Shown here: positions 18,770-28,873 of the stretch, one piece after another
Position numbering within the stretch: the stretch's first letter is position 1
Layout: every line of letters begins with the position of its first letter
Assembly (NCBI GenBank): GCA_965198225.1
Contig: CBDAOY010000006.1
Coordinates: 864,001 to 928,000 of the forward strand
Reading direction: 5' to 3'
Origin: Terriglobia bacterium
GTDB lineage: Bacteria > Acidobacteriota > Terriglobia > 20CM-2-55-15
Length of the DNA: 64,000 nucleotides
Notes under the pieces: model-generated
What the model saw: the letters and a program-made list of their open reading frames with translations, nothing else
What the model was told of the DNA's origin: nothing
Databases searched by the model: none
Made by a program: the position numbers and the translations under genes

Positions 18770-20106
18770 CGAAACACCTCGTCGATGGTCGTGTAAAGCC
18801 CGGACAGCCCGCCGGGAACATACTCGAACTTGCGTCCGGACGGCGTATCCAGGATGCTCTTCGTCCAGTCGATTCCCAGGACCGAGTAAATCGTTGCGGC
18901 GATGTCTTCCATCACGATCGGCCGCGCACCAGCCCATCCCGGGTCGACCACGAAAGCGCCGTTGGGATCGGTCGCCCCGATGACTCGGTTGCCCGCGACA
19001 CCGCCACCCATCAGAGCGACACTCATGGCGTCCTTGTGATGGTCCCTTCCTCCCTGCAGGTTCAACCCACCGGGAGTTCGTCCAAACTCGCCCATCATGA
19101 CGATCAGCGTCTGGTCGAAGTCACCGGACAACTTGAGATCCTCGACCAGCGAACCGATGGCGCTGTCCAGTTCGTTGGAGAGCGAGTACATGTTGGGGTT
19201 GTTGTTGCGGTTGAACATTTGCTGATGGGTGTCCCAGCCCGAGTGGGTCAGCCCGATGAACACGCTGCCGTTGCCGGCCCGAACGGCGTTGCGCGCGACG
19301 CGAGCTGCTCGTCCCAGAGATGTGTCCCCGTAACGGGTAGTCTCGTCGTCGGACAGACGGAACACGGATGCAATCGACTCGTTGAACATCATTTGTTTGG
19401 CGGAAGCGTAGTGGGCGGCGTGGGCGGCCATCCCTTGATCCAGCGGCGCCGTCCGCAGCCTGTCGTCGAGACGCTCGAGCAGGCTGTAACGCTCGTCGAA
19501 TCGTTGCTCGCTGTCTGTGCCGAAGTAGTCGTGTTGGATCACCGACAACCCGCTGCCCTCGGTCGGAGCGGCCAGTGGGGCGACCGATCCGCCAAGGAAC
19601 GTCGAGCCCTGAATCGTTCCGCCCTGATTCAGGGACAGGAATGGAGGCATCGGTCCGCTGCCCGCAAGCTCGGTCGCGACGACCGCGCCGACGTGTGGCG
19701 TCTCTGCCTGAAATGCCGGATTGGACGGGTGAGCCGTCTGCATGTAGAAGACCCCGCGGTCGTGGATGGCCTCCCAGCTTCTGACCGAACGAAGGATGCA
19801 CAGGTCGTCTGTGAGCGTGGAAAGCTTCGGGAACAGCGTATTGGAGAGCGCAATGTTGCCGTGTTGCTGGATGTCGGCGTCTGCAGGGTTCCAGGCCGCG
19901 TCTTTGACGTCGAACGTGTCGAGCTGTGATGGCGCCCCGTTCAAGTAAACGAAGATGCACGAGCGGGCCGTGCCGCGCACCTGAGGGCTCCCGCTGATCA
20001 CCTGGGCGTTGCCGCTGCGCGTAATCGCCATATAGGCCGCCGCCGTGGCCGCCTGCTTCAGCCACTCCCGTCGCGAAGTCTTCTTACAGCTAGGACAATT
20101 CTTCAT
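18766..20106 (-). CDS. DUF1501 domain protein with Tat signal
   Basis: SRREWLK Tat motif, GAPSQLDTFD, GWDTH, MGEFGRTP, GRDHH. Confidence 0.92.
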   Translation of the reverse strand: MKNCPSCKKTSRREWLKQAATAAAYMAITRSGNAQVISGSPQVRGTARSCIFVYLNGAPSQLDTFDVKDAAWNPADADIQQHGNIALSNTLFPKLSTLTDDLCILRSVRSWEAIHDRGVFYMQTAHPSNPAFQAETPHVGAVVATELAGSGPMPPFLSLNQGGTIQGSTFLGGSVAPLAAPTEGSGLSVIQHDYFGTDSEQRFDERYSLLERLDDRLRTAPLDQGMAAHAAHYASAKQMMFNESIASVFRLSDDETTRYGDTSLGRAARVARNAVRAGNGSVFIGLTHSGWDTHQQMFNRNNNPNMYSLSNELDSAIGSLVEDLKLSGDFDQTLIVMMGEFGRTPGGLNLQGGRDHHKDAMSVALMGGGVAGNRVIGATDPNGAFVVDPGWAGARPIVMEDIAATIYSVLGIDWTKSILDTPSGRKFEYVPGGLSGLYTTIDEVFR

Positions 20107-20136
20107 CTTCTTCGATCAGCGTCGGCCCACGCACTA

Positions 20137-20163
20137 ACAACGGCCTACGGACAACGGCCTACG
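20137..20163. repeat. Heptamer array CAACGGC-CTACGGA-CAACGGC-CTACG
   Basis: Same units as at 15941; lies between the DUF1553 and DUF1501 genes. Confidence 0.65.
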
Positions 20164-20181
20164 TCAACTACTGATCGAAGA

Positions 20182-22067
20182 TCAGTAGTTGAATATAAAG
20201 TCCAGCTTGTTCAGCAGCGCCCACTGGCAGTCGGCCAGCCACAGTTCGTAGTCCGTCCCCTTCGTGCTGAGCAGGACCTCGAATTCTTCATCCGTTGCCC
20301 ATCGCCCGAGAGTCGCGAGGAACAACCGGTCGATTGCTTCGCGATCACCGAGGCCCGCTTGAGCGACCCGCGTCACATGCGTCAGCACTCCGCGGTCTCC
20401 AAATGCACGCGAGTTGATCATGTCGTCGTTCATCATCAACAAGGTCTGCAGGACATTCGAATCGAGTGTCGGCGGCGTCTGCCACCAATCTCCCCGGCCG
20501 AGCTTGTTCAGGAAATCCATGACTCTGTAGTTGCTCCGAGGTTCGGTCGGGTCCGGCAACTGCATCGCGTAGTAAAGCGGCTGGTCGAAGCCGTTTACGT
20601 ACATCGGGGCGACGGTCATCGTGGCGGTGGTCAAGGCGTCGTAGATCTCCTCCGGTTTCAGCCGGCGCGGCGTGTGCTTGGCGAAGTAGAGCTGGTATTC
20701 CGCTTGCCAGTTGCCCGGATAGCTTCCAGAGAGCTGGTAGGCCCGCGATTGCGCGATCAGGCGGATGACGCTCCGGATGCTGTAGTCGCTCCGGATGAAC
20801 TCGTCGGCGAGCGCTTCGATCAGTTCCGGGTGAGTCGGTTGCAGCGTCCAGGGTGCAGGTGGTGGATTGTCGGGATCGATTCGCGCCAGATCCCAGCCAT
20901 CGACCGGGTCGACGATTCCACTCCGGAAGAAATGTGCCCAGATGTAGTTGACGGTCGCCCGTGCAAACTGTCGATCCGATGTGACGATCCGACCCAGGGC
21001 CCATCGCCAGTTTTCCGACTGCGGCTCTTCACCGGTGAACATGTATTCCGGCGTGTGTGCGGCACCGGTGCGAAACGGTCGCGGCCCCGGATTCCCCGGA
21101 TCGACCACGCCCGTGTAGGCGCCGGTCGAACGATTGTTGACAATGAAGTGGGATTGCTCCTCGAAGGCATCGGCCGGTAACTGGATCAGGTTCGTCCGTG
21201 CCAGGAAGGCCGACAACCCCCAGAACTCTTCCCTCCGTCGTTCCGACAGGTAAAGGTTGATCTCTTCCAGGTGGTTCGCGCCGTCGTGACAAGAAACGCA
21301 TTCGGTGCGGACGCCGAGAAACTTCGAGGTGATCCGATCAGCCAGGACATCCCAGGTGTCCTGGACGGGATCGCCTTCCTGGACCGCGCGGACAAGGAAA
21401 TTGAGCGATGCCTGCTCATGGGAATCTCCGTTCGACGCGATCATTTCCATCACCAGGTCGGCATAGGAGCGATCCCGGGATACGAAATCCCGCAGGTAGT
21501 GGTGGAAGAGATTCCTTCCTGGGATTCCGATGAAGTAGTAGTAATTGCTGGTGACCTCAAAATGGTTCGCGAAGAAGGCGGTCCAGTAATCGACGAACGC
21601 CTCGGAAGCGTGAGCGGACGGTGGAAGGCCGATCGGCCCGACCACTTTCGACTCTACAATTGCTGGTGACCTAATTCGTCGATCAGCTTGTTTCGTTTCG
21701 CCGGGTCGGGGTCGGCGACGAAACTCTGAATTCGTTCGATCGACGGAATCCGCCCCGCCAGGTCCAGCGACAGCCGCCGCAGGATTTCCACGTCCGTTGC
21801 GGCTGGTGCCGGCTCGATGCCGTCATCCGCCATCTTGCTGAAGATGTGAGTGTCGATCACGTTGCCCGACGCGGTATCGACGTTCCTGGGCGCCGACCAG
21901 GTGACCCGCGGCTGTACCAGCTTCATCGACATCGCCTGTGTGGATTGCTCCAGCTGGAGACGGGCTTCGAGGACGCGGCGCTGTGGTTTCGGATAGGCCG
22001 GACAATAGGGGTCGTCGCCGCCCGCAAGGGTGGTCAGAAGCGCAACGATGATGGGTAAGCGCAACAT
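20182..22067 (-). pseudogene. DUF1549/DUF1553 protein with CxxCH motif, split by a ~62-bp insertion
   Basis: N-part NVIDTHIF...LRRLSLDLAGRIP...KRNKLIDEL. C-part ASEAFVDYW...CVSCHDG...NYIWAHFF..GIVDPVD...PTHPELIEALA...WALLN. Confidence 0.85.
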
Positions 22068-22333
22068 TATAAGTTGTCTATCTGGTTCGGCTTACGGGCT
22101 GTCTCTTGCCGTTCCACGGCACCAGGGAGTCGCCTCCTACGACTAAAAGGGCGGATACAGTGTCCCCATTGTCACACGGGGCCATTAATTGTCTATTCGG
22201 TAATTCGAGAGAGGCGCCTTAGGGTATTCTCGGATTTTTCTTGTGCGCTCAGCAGTTTACACGACGACTAGGCACACGAGGAGAGTCGGAGCGCCGCCCT
22301 GCTGCCGCGCCGCTGAACGTCACGGAGGAAGCG

Positions 22334-22759
22334 TTAGGGAACTCGTGTGGCTGTGAATTCGGCGGGCGCTCGCAAGCCACGCCCACGACCGCGGCCACCA
22401 CCGCCGCCTCGGCCTCCGCCACGACCGCGACCGCCCTGGAACGTGCGAGTCATTTTGAGCTCATCGCCTTCGAGCAAGCCAGTGAACGTAAAGGTCCGCG
22501 TTCCACCTCTCGCCTCGAAAGACTGTTTGAATTCAATCCTGTTTCCGTCGACCTTTCCATCGATGATCTCAGACTTTCCCGTGAATTCACTCTCGACCGT
22601 GCCGCTCAGGTTCTCACTGTCGAGGGCGAATTCAAACGCTATCATCATCTCGCCGCCGGGGCCGGGAGCCGTTCCTTCCCACTTGCCTGACACATCCTGG
22701 GCCGCTGCGGGCAGAGCGATCAAAACGACCACCGCCAGAGCCATTAGCCTGATTCTCAT
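22334..22759 (-). CDS. Small secreted beta-rich protein with a Gly/Arg-rich loop
   Basis: Signal peptide ending AAA-QDVSGKW; AAAAGGGGA RBS; C-terminal GGRGRGGGRG...EFTATR. Confidence 0.75.
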   Translation of the reverse strand: MRIRLMALAVVVLIALPAAAQDVSGKWEGTAPGPGGEMMIAFEFALDSENLSGTVESEFTGKSEIIDGKVDGNRIEFKQSFEARGGTRTFTFTGLLEGDELKMTRTFQGGRGRGGGRGGGGGRGRGRGLRAPAEFTATRVP

Positions 22760-22911
22760 TGATATGTCCCCTTTTATGTTTGTCGCGACCTACTCGCGTC
22801 GCCGTTCAGAAACCGCCGAAGCGGGCTTCATTTCTTGACTACGTCTCGAGGACACTCAAAGTTACGGACTCCTCCCCTTCACTATCGAAAAAGATGCTGA
22901 TTTAACAAGAG

Positions 22912-23511
22912 TTAACCTGGGCCTTCCGAAGGCGTTCCGGCATTCTCGGTAAGCGTTTCCAATTCCTCTCCCGACGGTGTCACGACAATGAGCCTGATGG
23001 ACCCGGCATCGTCCTCCTCAAGCCTTCGAAACCGCACCAGTTGGTAGCCCTTGCCGGTCGGCTCGACGGTGACCGTGTAGACGTTGGATTCGCGGACCAC
23101 CGTCAGGACCTCGTGGTTGAACACCCAGAGTTCGAGAAACAGGTCATCCTCGATCTGCCGTCGCCAGTCCGCGTCGTTGCAGTGGCGGGTCTCGTCCGGC
23201 GCTGCCCAGGCGCCGGACAGATCATAGACTTCGAGTTCGCCATCCGAACCGTGTCCCTGGTAGAAGATGAAGTCGCGCACCCACCAAATACTCTCCAGGA
23301 TCGCCTGGTCGCGGTATCGGCGGTTTCTGGCGAATCGCCTCTCCTGCCGCTCTCCCGACGGTCTTTCCCAGAGTTTGGATTCCTCGCATACGAAGACCTC
23401 GAGCTTTTCTCCGTCCTGCGCCTGGGAGAACTTCGCGGCGACGTGGACTATCAGGAAGGCGGACAGTGCGACCACCGCAGCCGCCGACACGAGTCGTCGA
23501 TTTACTTTCAT
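22912..23511 (-). CDS. Hypothetical exported/membrane-anchored protein
   Basis: MKVNRRLVSAAAVVALSAFLIV signal-like N-terminus with GAGGGG upstream; no family recognised. Confidence 0.6.
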   Translation of the reverse strand: MKVNRRLVSAAAVVALSAFLIVHVAAKFSQAQDGEKLEVFVCEESKLWERPSGERQERRFARNRRYRDQAILESIWWVRDFIFYQGHGSDGELEVYDLSGAWAAPDETRHCNDADWRRQIEDDLFLELWVFNHEVLTVVRESNVYTVTVEPTGKGYQLVRFRRLEEDDAGSIRLIVVTPSGEELETLTENAGTPSEGPG

Positions 23512-23937
23512 CGTCGAGCCCCTCTTCAGGATGCTACGGGCTGTTATTATCCACACTGCCACTTTTGTATATTGATAGACATCAGTCGGCACAATGAGGT
23601 TCGAACGAGGAGCAGATTTCGATGAAATTCCAGACCACCGTCCGGACCCAAGACCTGAGCCGCGTCCTGGATTGCGGAGGGGCACGGATCGTTGTCGACG
23701 CTGGCGAAGATGCCCTGGAACAGGATACGTGACGAGAGCCCCGCAGCGCCGGGAATCCGCGCCCGAGGAGACTGACTTCGCTGGCGGGGAAAAAGCAGCT
23801 CAAAGAGAATCGAAGGTCCGGGATCGACCCCGGCTTTTTGACTTCGGGAGTCATCTCAAAAACTCAGCCATCGCCCTGTGAGCCCGCTGGCGTGACGCAT
23901 ACAGGTCGAGGTGGTGCCATCAGGAGACCGCTGGACC

Positions 23938-25401
23938 ATGGACTTCACACTCACTTCTCATCGAACTCGGCCTCGGTCGAAGAACCTGACCCCAGCGCGA
24001 GGATTCCACCAGCACACTGCATGTGCTCTCGTGCTGTTGCTTCTGGTTCCTACCGTGTCGATGGGCCAGGCGGGCGATCCCGAGATCCAGTCCCTCCGGG
24101 AGGAGGTCCGGCAACTGCGTGCCGAGCTGGCAGCGCTACGGGCGGAGGTGCGATCAGCCGGCGTTTCCGAGCCATCCGGCCTGGGGGCTTCTCGAGGGCA
24201 GGCCTACCCCACCGCAGCTATCGCGGACGCGGCCCCTGTCGGGCAGGCCGGTTTTGCGGCGGACGAGTTGCTGCCGCTGCTGCAGGCGCAGGTCGATGAG
24301 CACGCCCAGACCAAGGTCGAGTCCAACTCCCGGATGCCGGTTCGGCTTTTCGGGACGATCCTGTCCAATACCTTCTTTAATTCCGGGGAAGCAAACTGGC
24401 TGGACGTGCCGAATGTGGTGCCCTCGAACGAGGGCCTGGCGTCCACGGGGTCTTTCAGTTCCACTTTGAGGCAGAGCCGCCTCGGGGCCATCATCGACGG
24501 TCCCGACGTTGGTGGTTTCAGCACGGGTGGCTTCTTTGCCATGGATTTCTTCGGCGGTGTTCCCAGCTTCAAGACCGGTCAGACCATGGGGGTGCCTCGG
24601 CTGCTGTACGGGTTCATGCGTTTGGAGAACGAGAATACTGCCATCCAGATCGGGCAGGATCTGATGATCCTTGCTCCCCAGAACCCGACGTCGCTGGCTG
24701 CCTTTTCGTTCCCGAACCTGTTCTATTCGGGAAACCTGTATCTGCGGGCTCCTCAGGCGCGCGTGGAACGAACTTTTCAGTCGGGACGCGACGATCAACT
24801 TCAATTGCAGCTCGGGATCATAGCCCCGATCAGCGGAGACCTCCCGACCGATTCCTTCACCTTCGTCCCACCGAACCTCCCCGGAGAGCGGTCCCGGCGA
24901 CCGGGGGTTCAGGGGCGCCTGGCCTGGAGGCGGGAAGGGCTGATTCCTGGTGAGCCGGTGCTGGAGATCGCCGCCTCCGGGCACTACGGGACCGAACGAA
25001 GAGACAACGGAGATCTTTCGAGTTGGGTCGGAGCGGTCGATTTCATGGCGATGGGCGAGCTGTTCGGAGCTAAGGGAGAAGTCTGGGTCGGCCAGAACAT
25101 CGACGCGTTCGGGGCATCCGTGGGGCAGCTTGCCAAATCGCGGGGCGGCTTCTTCGAAGGAAAGTTCAGACCGAACGAGCAACTGGAGTTCAACGGCGGG
25201 TTTGGAATCGACAGCCTCTTCGATCGGGTCGCCTTCCCGGCAGCGTTGGAGGACAACCGGACGTTCTTTGCGAATACGATCTACCAGTTCACGCCGGAGT
25301 TCGCCACCTCGCTGGAGTGGCGTCGCCTGTTGACGACCCCGACGGCGCGAAAAAGCCGGACGAACCATCATTTGAACCTCGTCTTCGCTTATAGTTTTTG
25401 A
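23938..25401 (+). CDS. Outer-membrane beta-barrel porin with N-terminal coiled coil (DcaP-like)
   Basis: AGGAGA RBS; signal sequence; EIQSLREEVRQLRAEL coil; RQSRLG; C-terminal aromatic FAYSF. Confidence 0.75.
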   Translation: MDFTLTSHRTRPRSKNLTPARGFHQHTACALVLLLLVPTVSMGQAGDPEIQSLREEVRQLRAELAALRAEVRSAGVSEPSGLGASRGQAYPTAAIADAAPVGQAGFAADELLPLLQAQVDEHAQTKVESNSRMPVRLFGTILSNTFFNSGEANWLDVPNVVPSNEGLASTGSFSSTLRQSRLGAIIDGPDVGGFSTGGFFAMDFFGGVPSFKTGQTMGVPRLLYGFMRLENENTAIQIGQDLMILAPQNPTSLAAFSFPNLFYSGNLYLRAPQARVERTFQSGRDDQLQLQLGIIAPISGDLPTDSFTFVPPNLPGERSRRPGVQGRLAWRREGLIPGEPVLEIAASGHYGTERRDNGDLSSWVGAVDFMAMGELFGAKGEVWVGQNIDAFGASVGQLAKSRGGFFEGKFRPNEQLEFNGGFGIDSLFDRVAFPAALEDNRTFFANTIYQFTPEFATSLEWRRLLTTPTARKSRTNHHLNLVFAYSF

Positions 25402-25403
25402 AG

Positions 25404-26072
25404 ATGTCCAGCATACGAAACCTTGTGCTGTTGGTTTGCCTGGCTGGTTCGCCGGCCTGGGCGCAGACGATCTCGGGCCGCGTTTCTATCGAGGGGGCGT
25501 CCGGGGGGGCCGCGTCGGGCGTGATTGTCTATGCCGAGCGCTTGGATGGAGACTTGCCGATCGAAACATCGAGCTTTGCGCTGACACAGCGCAAGAAGCT
25601 CTTCAGTCCGCGCATTCTGGCGATCCCGGCCGGGTCTCGAGTGGATTTTCCCAACGAGGATCTCATCTTCCACAACGTGTTCTCCCTGACGCGGCCCGAG
25701 GCGTTCGACCTCGGTCTGTATCGGGCGGGGGCTTCGAAGTCGCACGTCTTCCGCCAGCCGGGCTTCTACCGGGTTTTCTGCAACATTCACCCTCACATGA
25801 CAGCCGTCGTCCTGGTCCTGCCGACGTCGTTGATCGTCGAAGCGGACCCGTCCGGCAACTTCCGAATGGACCTACCCGCGGGCCGGTACCGCGTCACGGC
25901 ATGGTCGGAACGGTCCGAACCATCCACCGTCGAGATCCAGGTTTCCTCCGGTTCCGCTTCCCTCAACGGGTTGTCTCTGGACGAGTCCGGCTTCGTCGCG
26001 ACACCCCACACAAACAAGCACGGCCGGAAATACCGCCGCCGAGCGTACTCCCCGACACGGGGACCGTTGTAG
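25404..26072 (+). CDS. Secreted cupredoxin-like protein with carboxypeptidase-regulatory-like domain
   Basis: FPNEDLIFHNVFS...FDLGLY...FCNIHPHM gives candidate type-1 copper ligands H, C, H, M; signal peptide AWA. Confidence 0.8.
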   Translation: MSSIRNLVLLVCLAGSPAWAQTISGRVSIEGASGGAASGVIVYAERLDGDLPIETSSFALTQRKKLFSPRILAIPAGSRVDFPNEDLIFHNVFSLTRPEAFDLGLYRAGASKSHVFRQPGFYRVFCNIHPHMTAVVLVLPTSLIVEADPSGNFRMDLPAGRYRVTAWSERSEPSTVEIQVSSGSASLNGLSLDESGFVATPHTNKHGRKYRRRAYSPTRGPL

Positions 26073-26114
26073 TTCGGAGCCACTTCAGTGAGGAGCAACC
26101 TCCCTCGCTGCGGT

Positions 26115-26287
26115 GTAGGTGCGGTCTATGACCGCACATTCTTCGAACCGAAACACTGTGCGCTCATAGAGCGCACCTACACCCGATCCTAGAGTTACGC
26201 TTTTCTCCGGAACCGAGACCTCTTGTGGGGACTCGATGCTGCACATTCTTCGACCCGACACATCGTGCGGTCATAGACCGCACCTAC
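26115..26287. repeat. GTAG-REP doublet (26115-26180) plus partial copy (26241-26287)
   Basis: Same REP-a / spacer / REP-b sequence, between convergent genes. Confidence 0.88.
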
Positions 26288-26311
26288 ACTCGCTGTCCCT
26301 GAATTGGTCGC

Positions 26312-27955
26312 CTAGCCGATGAGCATGCGGTAGACGGGGACGGGCTGGCTGAAGCCTTTGACGGTGATGGGATCCACCCTCTCTGCCTTGACGAGATCCT
26401 GGACACATGTGTAGGTCGATTCGGAAATGAGAATCTCGTGAGGGGCGGCCGAGCCGCATAGCCGGGAGCACAGGTTCACGTTCGACCCGATTGCCGTGTA
26501 GTCGAGCCGATCTCGGCTGCCGATGCTGCCCATGATCACCTCCCCGGTCACTATCCCGATGCCGATGCTCAGGCGAGGCAGGTCGGGATGAGCCTCGTTG
26601 TCTTCTTCCAGCGCACGCTGGATCTCGACGGCCGAGCGAATGGCGTTGAGTGCCATGTCGTCGCCATCGAACACCGCGACGACGCAGTCGCCGACGAATT
26701 TGTCGACGTCGCCGTCGAACTTCTTTACGAGGGAGGCCTGGAGACTCAGGCACCGGTTCAGGGATTGAACGGTTTCTTCAGGCGGCTGCCGTTCCGACAT
26801 CTCGGTAAAGCCCCGTATGTCTGAAAAGAAGATCGTCCTCGAGACGCGTTCGCCGGCCGAACCGCTCTCATCGTCGGTTCGGGTCTGGATCATCTCGACC
26901 GTCGATTGCGAGACGAACTTCTGCATATCCTCGCGTTCCCTGAGGCCTCCGACCATGCTGTTGAAGGACGCTGCCAGATCGCCGATCTCGTCTTTGCTGC
27001 GAACGTCGAGGCGGTAGTCGAAGTTGCCGTCCATGACCTGTCGGGTTCCCTCGGCCAGGGTTGCGAGCGGTGCGGTGACACCGCCGGCCAGGACGATGCT
27101 TCCGATGATTCCGGCCACCGCGGTCAGGAGACCCAAGGTGAGGAGGCCCGTCTGGATCCGCTGGTACGGCGCCATCGCCCGGTCGAGAGATCGCAGCATC
27201 ACTGCCAGGGGACGGGGTCCGTCCGCGTCGCCAAGCTCGAAACTCCGGGTGCCGTAGCGCTCGCCGTCGATCTCGACCTCATCGGACATCATCGCCTGTT
27301 CCCAGTCGGCCCTGCCACTGAACGGAAGGACGGCGTCTGATAGCGTCGTGCCGATAACGTCTTGATCCAGGATCAGGATGTCGCTCCCACCATTGCCTCT
27401 CAGGTCGGCGGCGAAAGTGTCATCGATCCGCGACGCAGCGATGACGAACCCGAACACCAGCCCGCCGGCCGTCGACGGCATCGAGGCAGCGTGGTAGATT
27501 CCGCTGGCGGTGCGCAGCACGCCGGCGGCGGGTTGTCCAGACAGCGCCGGTTCCACCCAGCGGGCCGCCACGTCCTGAAGCGGCTCAAGTGTCAGTCCGT
27601 CGGTTCGCGCCAGGACTTCACCGAAAGGATCCAGGACGATCAAAAGGTCGGAAGACTGGTTCTCCTGCTGGTAGAAGGCGAGAAAGTCCCGGATCGTCGC
27701 GACGTCCGTGGTGTCCAGCAGCGCTTTGAGATCCGGAAACGACGCGACGACCCCGGCGGTCAGCCGCAGCCCGACCAGGCGCTGGTCTTCCGCTCCGGCG
27801 ATCCAGCGTTGGCTTTGATCGAATTCCTCCACCAGCTGCTGAGTGACGTACGCCCCGCCCTGGGCATTGACGAAGATCAGGGTTGCGGCTATCAGGGCGA
27901 TGAGCAGGACACTGACCGACATCGCAATCTTCCAGCGCAGGGAGAGGTTGGGCAT
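26312..27955 (-). CDS. Membrane class III adenylate cyclase (periplasmic Cache-like domain, HAMP, cyclase)
   Basis: Two TM helices; DEIGDLAASFN HAMP; FSDIRGFT, DKFVGDC, LDYTAIGSNVNLCSRL (Lys/Asp ATP-specifying residues). Confidence 0.9.
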   Translation of the reverse strand: MPNLSLRWKIAMSVSVLLIALIAATLIFVNAQGGAYVTQQLVEEFDQSQRWIAGAEDQRLVGLRLTAGVVASFPDLKALLDTTDVATIRDFLAFYQQENQSSDLLIVLDPFGEVLARTDGLTLEPLQDVAARWVEPALSGQPAAGVLRTASGIYHAASMPSTAGGLVFGFVIAASRIDDTFAADLRGNGGSDILILDQDVIGTTLSDAVLPFSGRADWEQAMMSDEVEIDGERYGTRSFELGDADGPRPLAVMLRSLDRAMAPYQRIQTGLLTLGLLTAVAGIIGSIVLAGGVTAPLATLAEGTRQVMDGNFDYRLDVRSKDEIGDLAASFNSMVGGLREREDMQKFVSQSTVEMIQTRTDDESGSAGERVSRTIFFSDIRGFTEMSERQPPEETVQSLNRCLSLQASLVKKFDGDVDKFVGDCVVAVFDGDDMALNAIRSAVEIQRALEEDNEAHPDLPRLSIGIGIVTGEVIMGSIGSRDRLDYTAIGSNVNLCSRLCGSAAPHEILISESTYTCVQDLVKAERVDPITVKGFSQPVPVYRMLIG

Positions 27956-28078
27956 CGGTTCTTATATTAGACGAACCTAAAGGGGAGGGACTACCGGTGC
28001 ATTGATTTCAGCACGGGTGGTCCGTGCGCCAAATCTCAAATCTCGAATGAGACTTCAGATTTCTTTGAGGCTCCCTCC

Positions 28079-28864
28079 TCAAGAAAGGAGCATGCTCCCC
28101 AGGCTGACGACACCTGCGAGGATCATCACGATCCCCGCGACGCGTCCGCCCTGGTGTCCGAGCGGCAGGACCTTTTCGAGCAGTACAAAGAGGGTGATTG
28201 CCGCGATCCACAGGATGTTCATCACACCGCCGAGAAAGAGAAGCCCCATCAGGACCCAGCAGCAGCCCAGGCAGAAGGCACCGTGTTCCAGTCCCATGCG
28301 GAATGCCCCGCCGACGCCGGCCCGCCAGTGCCGTGCGAAGAAATGTGCCGGCGCACGACAATGGTCGAGACAGGCGTTCTTGAGCGGTGTCAGCTGGTAG
28401 AACCCCGCCCCGATCAGGAGACCGGCACCCAGGGCGGGACTCGTGGTCACCATCATCGGAGAAAGGAGAGCCGCTCGATCCAGAAGGCATTGAGCCGCCG
28501 TCGCGCCCAGGCTAAACAGGACCCACATCACGACGTAACCGGTCACGAAGACACCCGCAGCGGGGATCGGGGTGTTCTGGCTCGCCGCCTTCCGGGACAC
28601 CGCGGCGTAGATGAGCGTCATCGGTACTGCGGTCGGGACCATCATCCCAACCATCATCACCGACCACATCAGGAACATCAGGAGAAAGTCGATGCCGGTC
28701 CACGGTCGAATCTCGATGATGTCCATGGTCCCCGACATCGGCATCTCGTCCATTCGCGCGGCGAGTACGATGAGGTAGGTCCATGCCAGGAGAGTCACGC
28801 CACCAAGGGAGCCGAGGATTACGATTCGGTCGCGTCGTGGCAACGCGCGTGTCGTAGAAGTCAC
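28079..28864 (-). CDS. DUF2182 predicted metal-binding integral membrane protein
   Basis: MWSVMMVGMMVP, YQLTPLKNACLDHCRAP, CLGCCWVLM, LEK. Confidence 0.9.
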   Translation of the reverse strand: MTSTTRALPRRDRIVILGSLGGVTLLAWTYLIVLAARMDEMPMSGTMDIIEIRPWTGIDFLLMFLMWSVMMVGMMVPTAVPMTLIYAAVSRKAASQNTPIPAAGVFVTGYVVMWVLFSLGATAAQCLLDRAALLSPMMVTTSPALGAGLLIGAGFYQLTPLKNACLDHCRAPAHFFARHWRAGVGGAFRMGLEHGAFCLGCCWVLMGLLFLGGVMNILWIAAITLFVLLEKVLPLGHQGGRVAGIVMILAGVVSLGSMLLS

Positions 28865-28873
28865 CCGGAGAGG

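Noticed and set aside
23590-23900. Possible riboswitch before the porin (hairpin plus T run near 23818-23839)
   Set aside because: No recognisable aptamer; could be a plain terminator or gene remnant.
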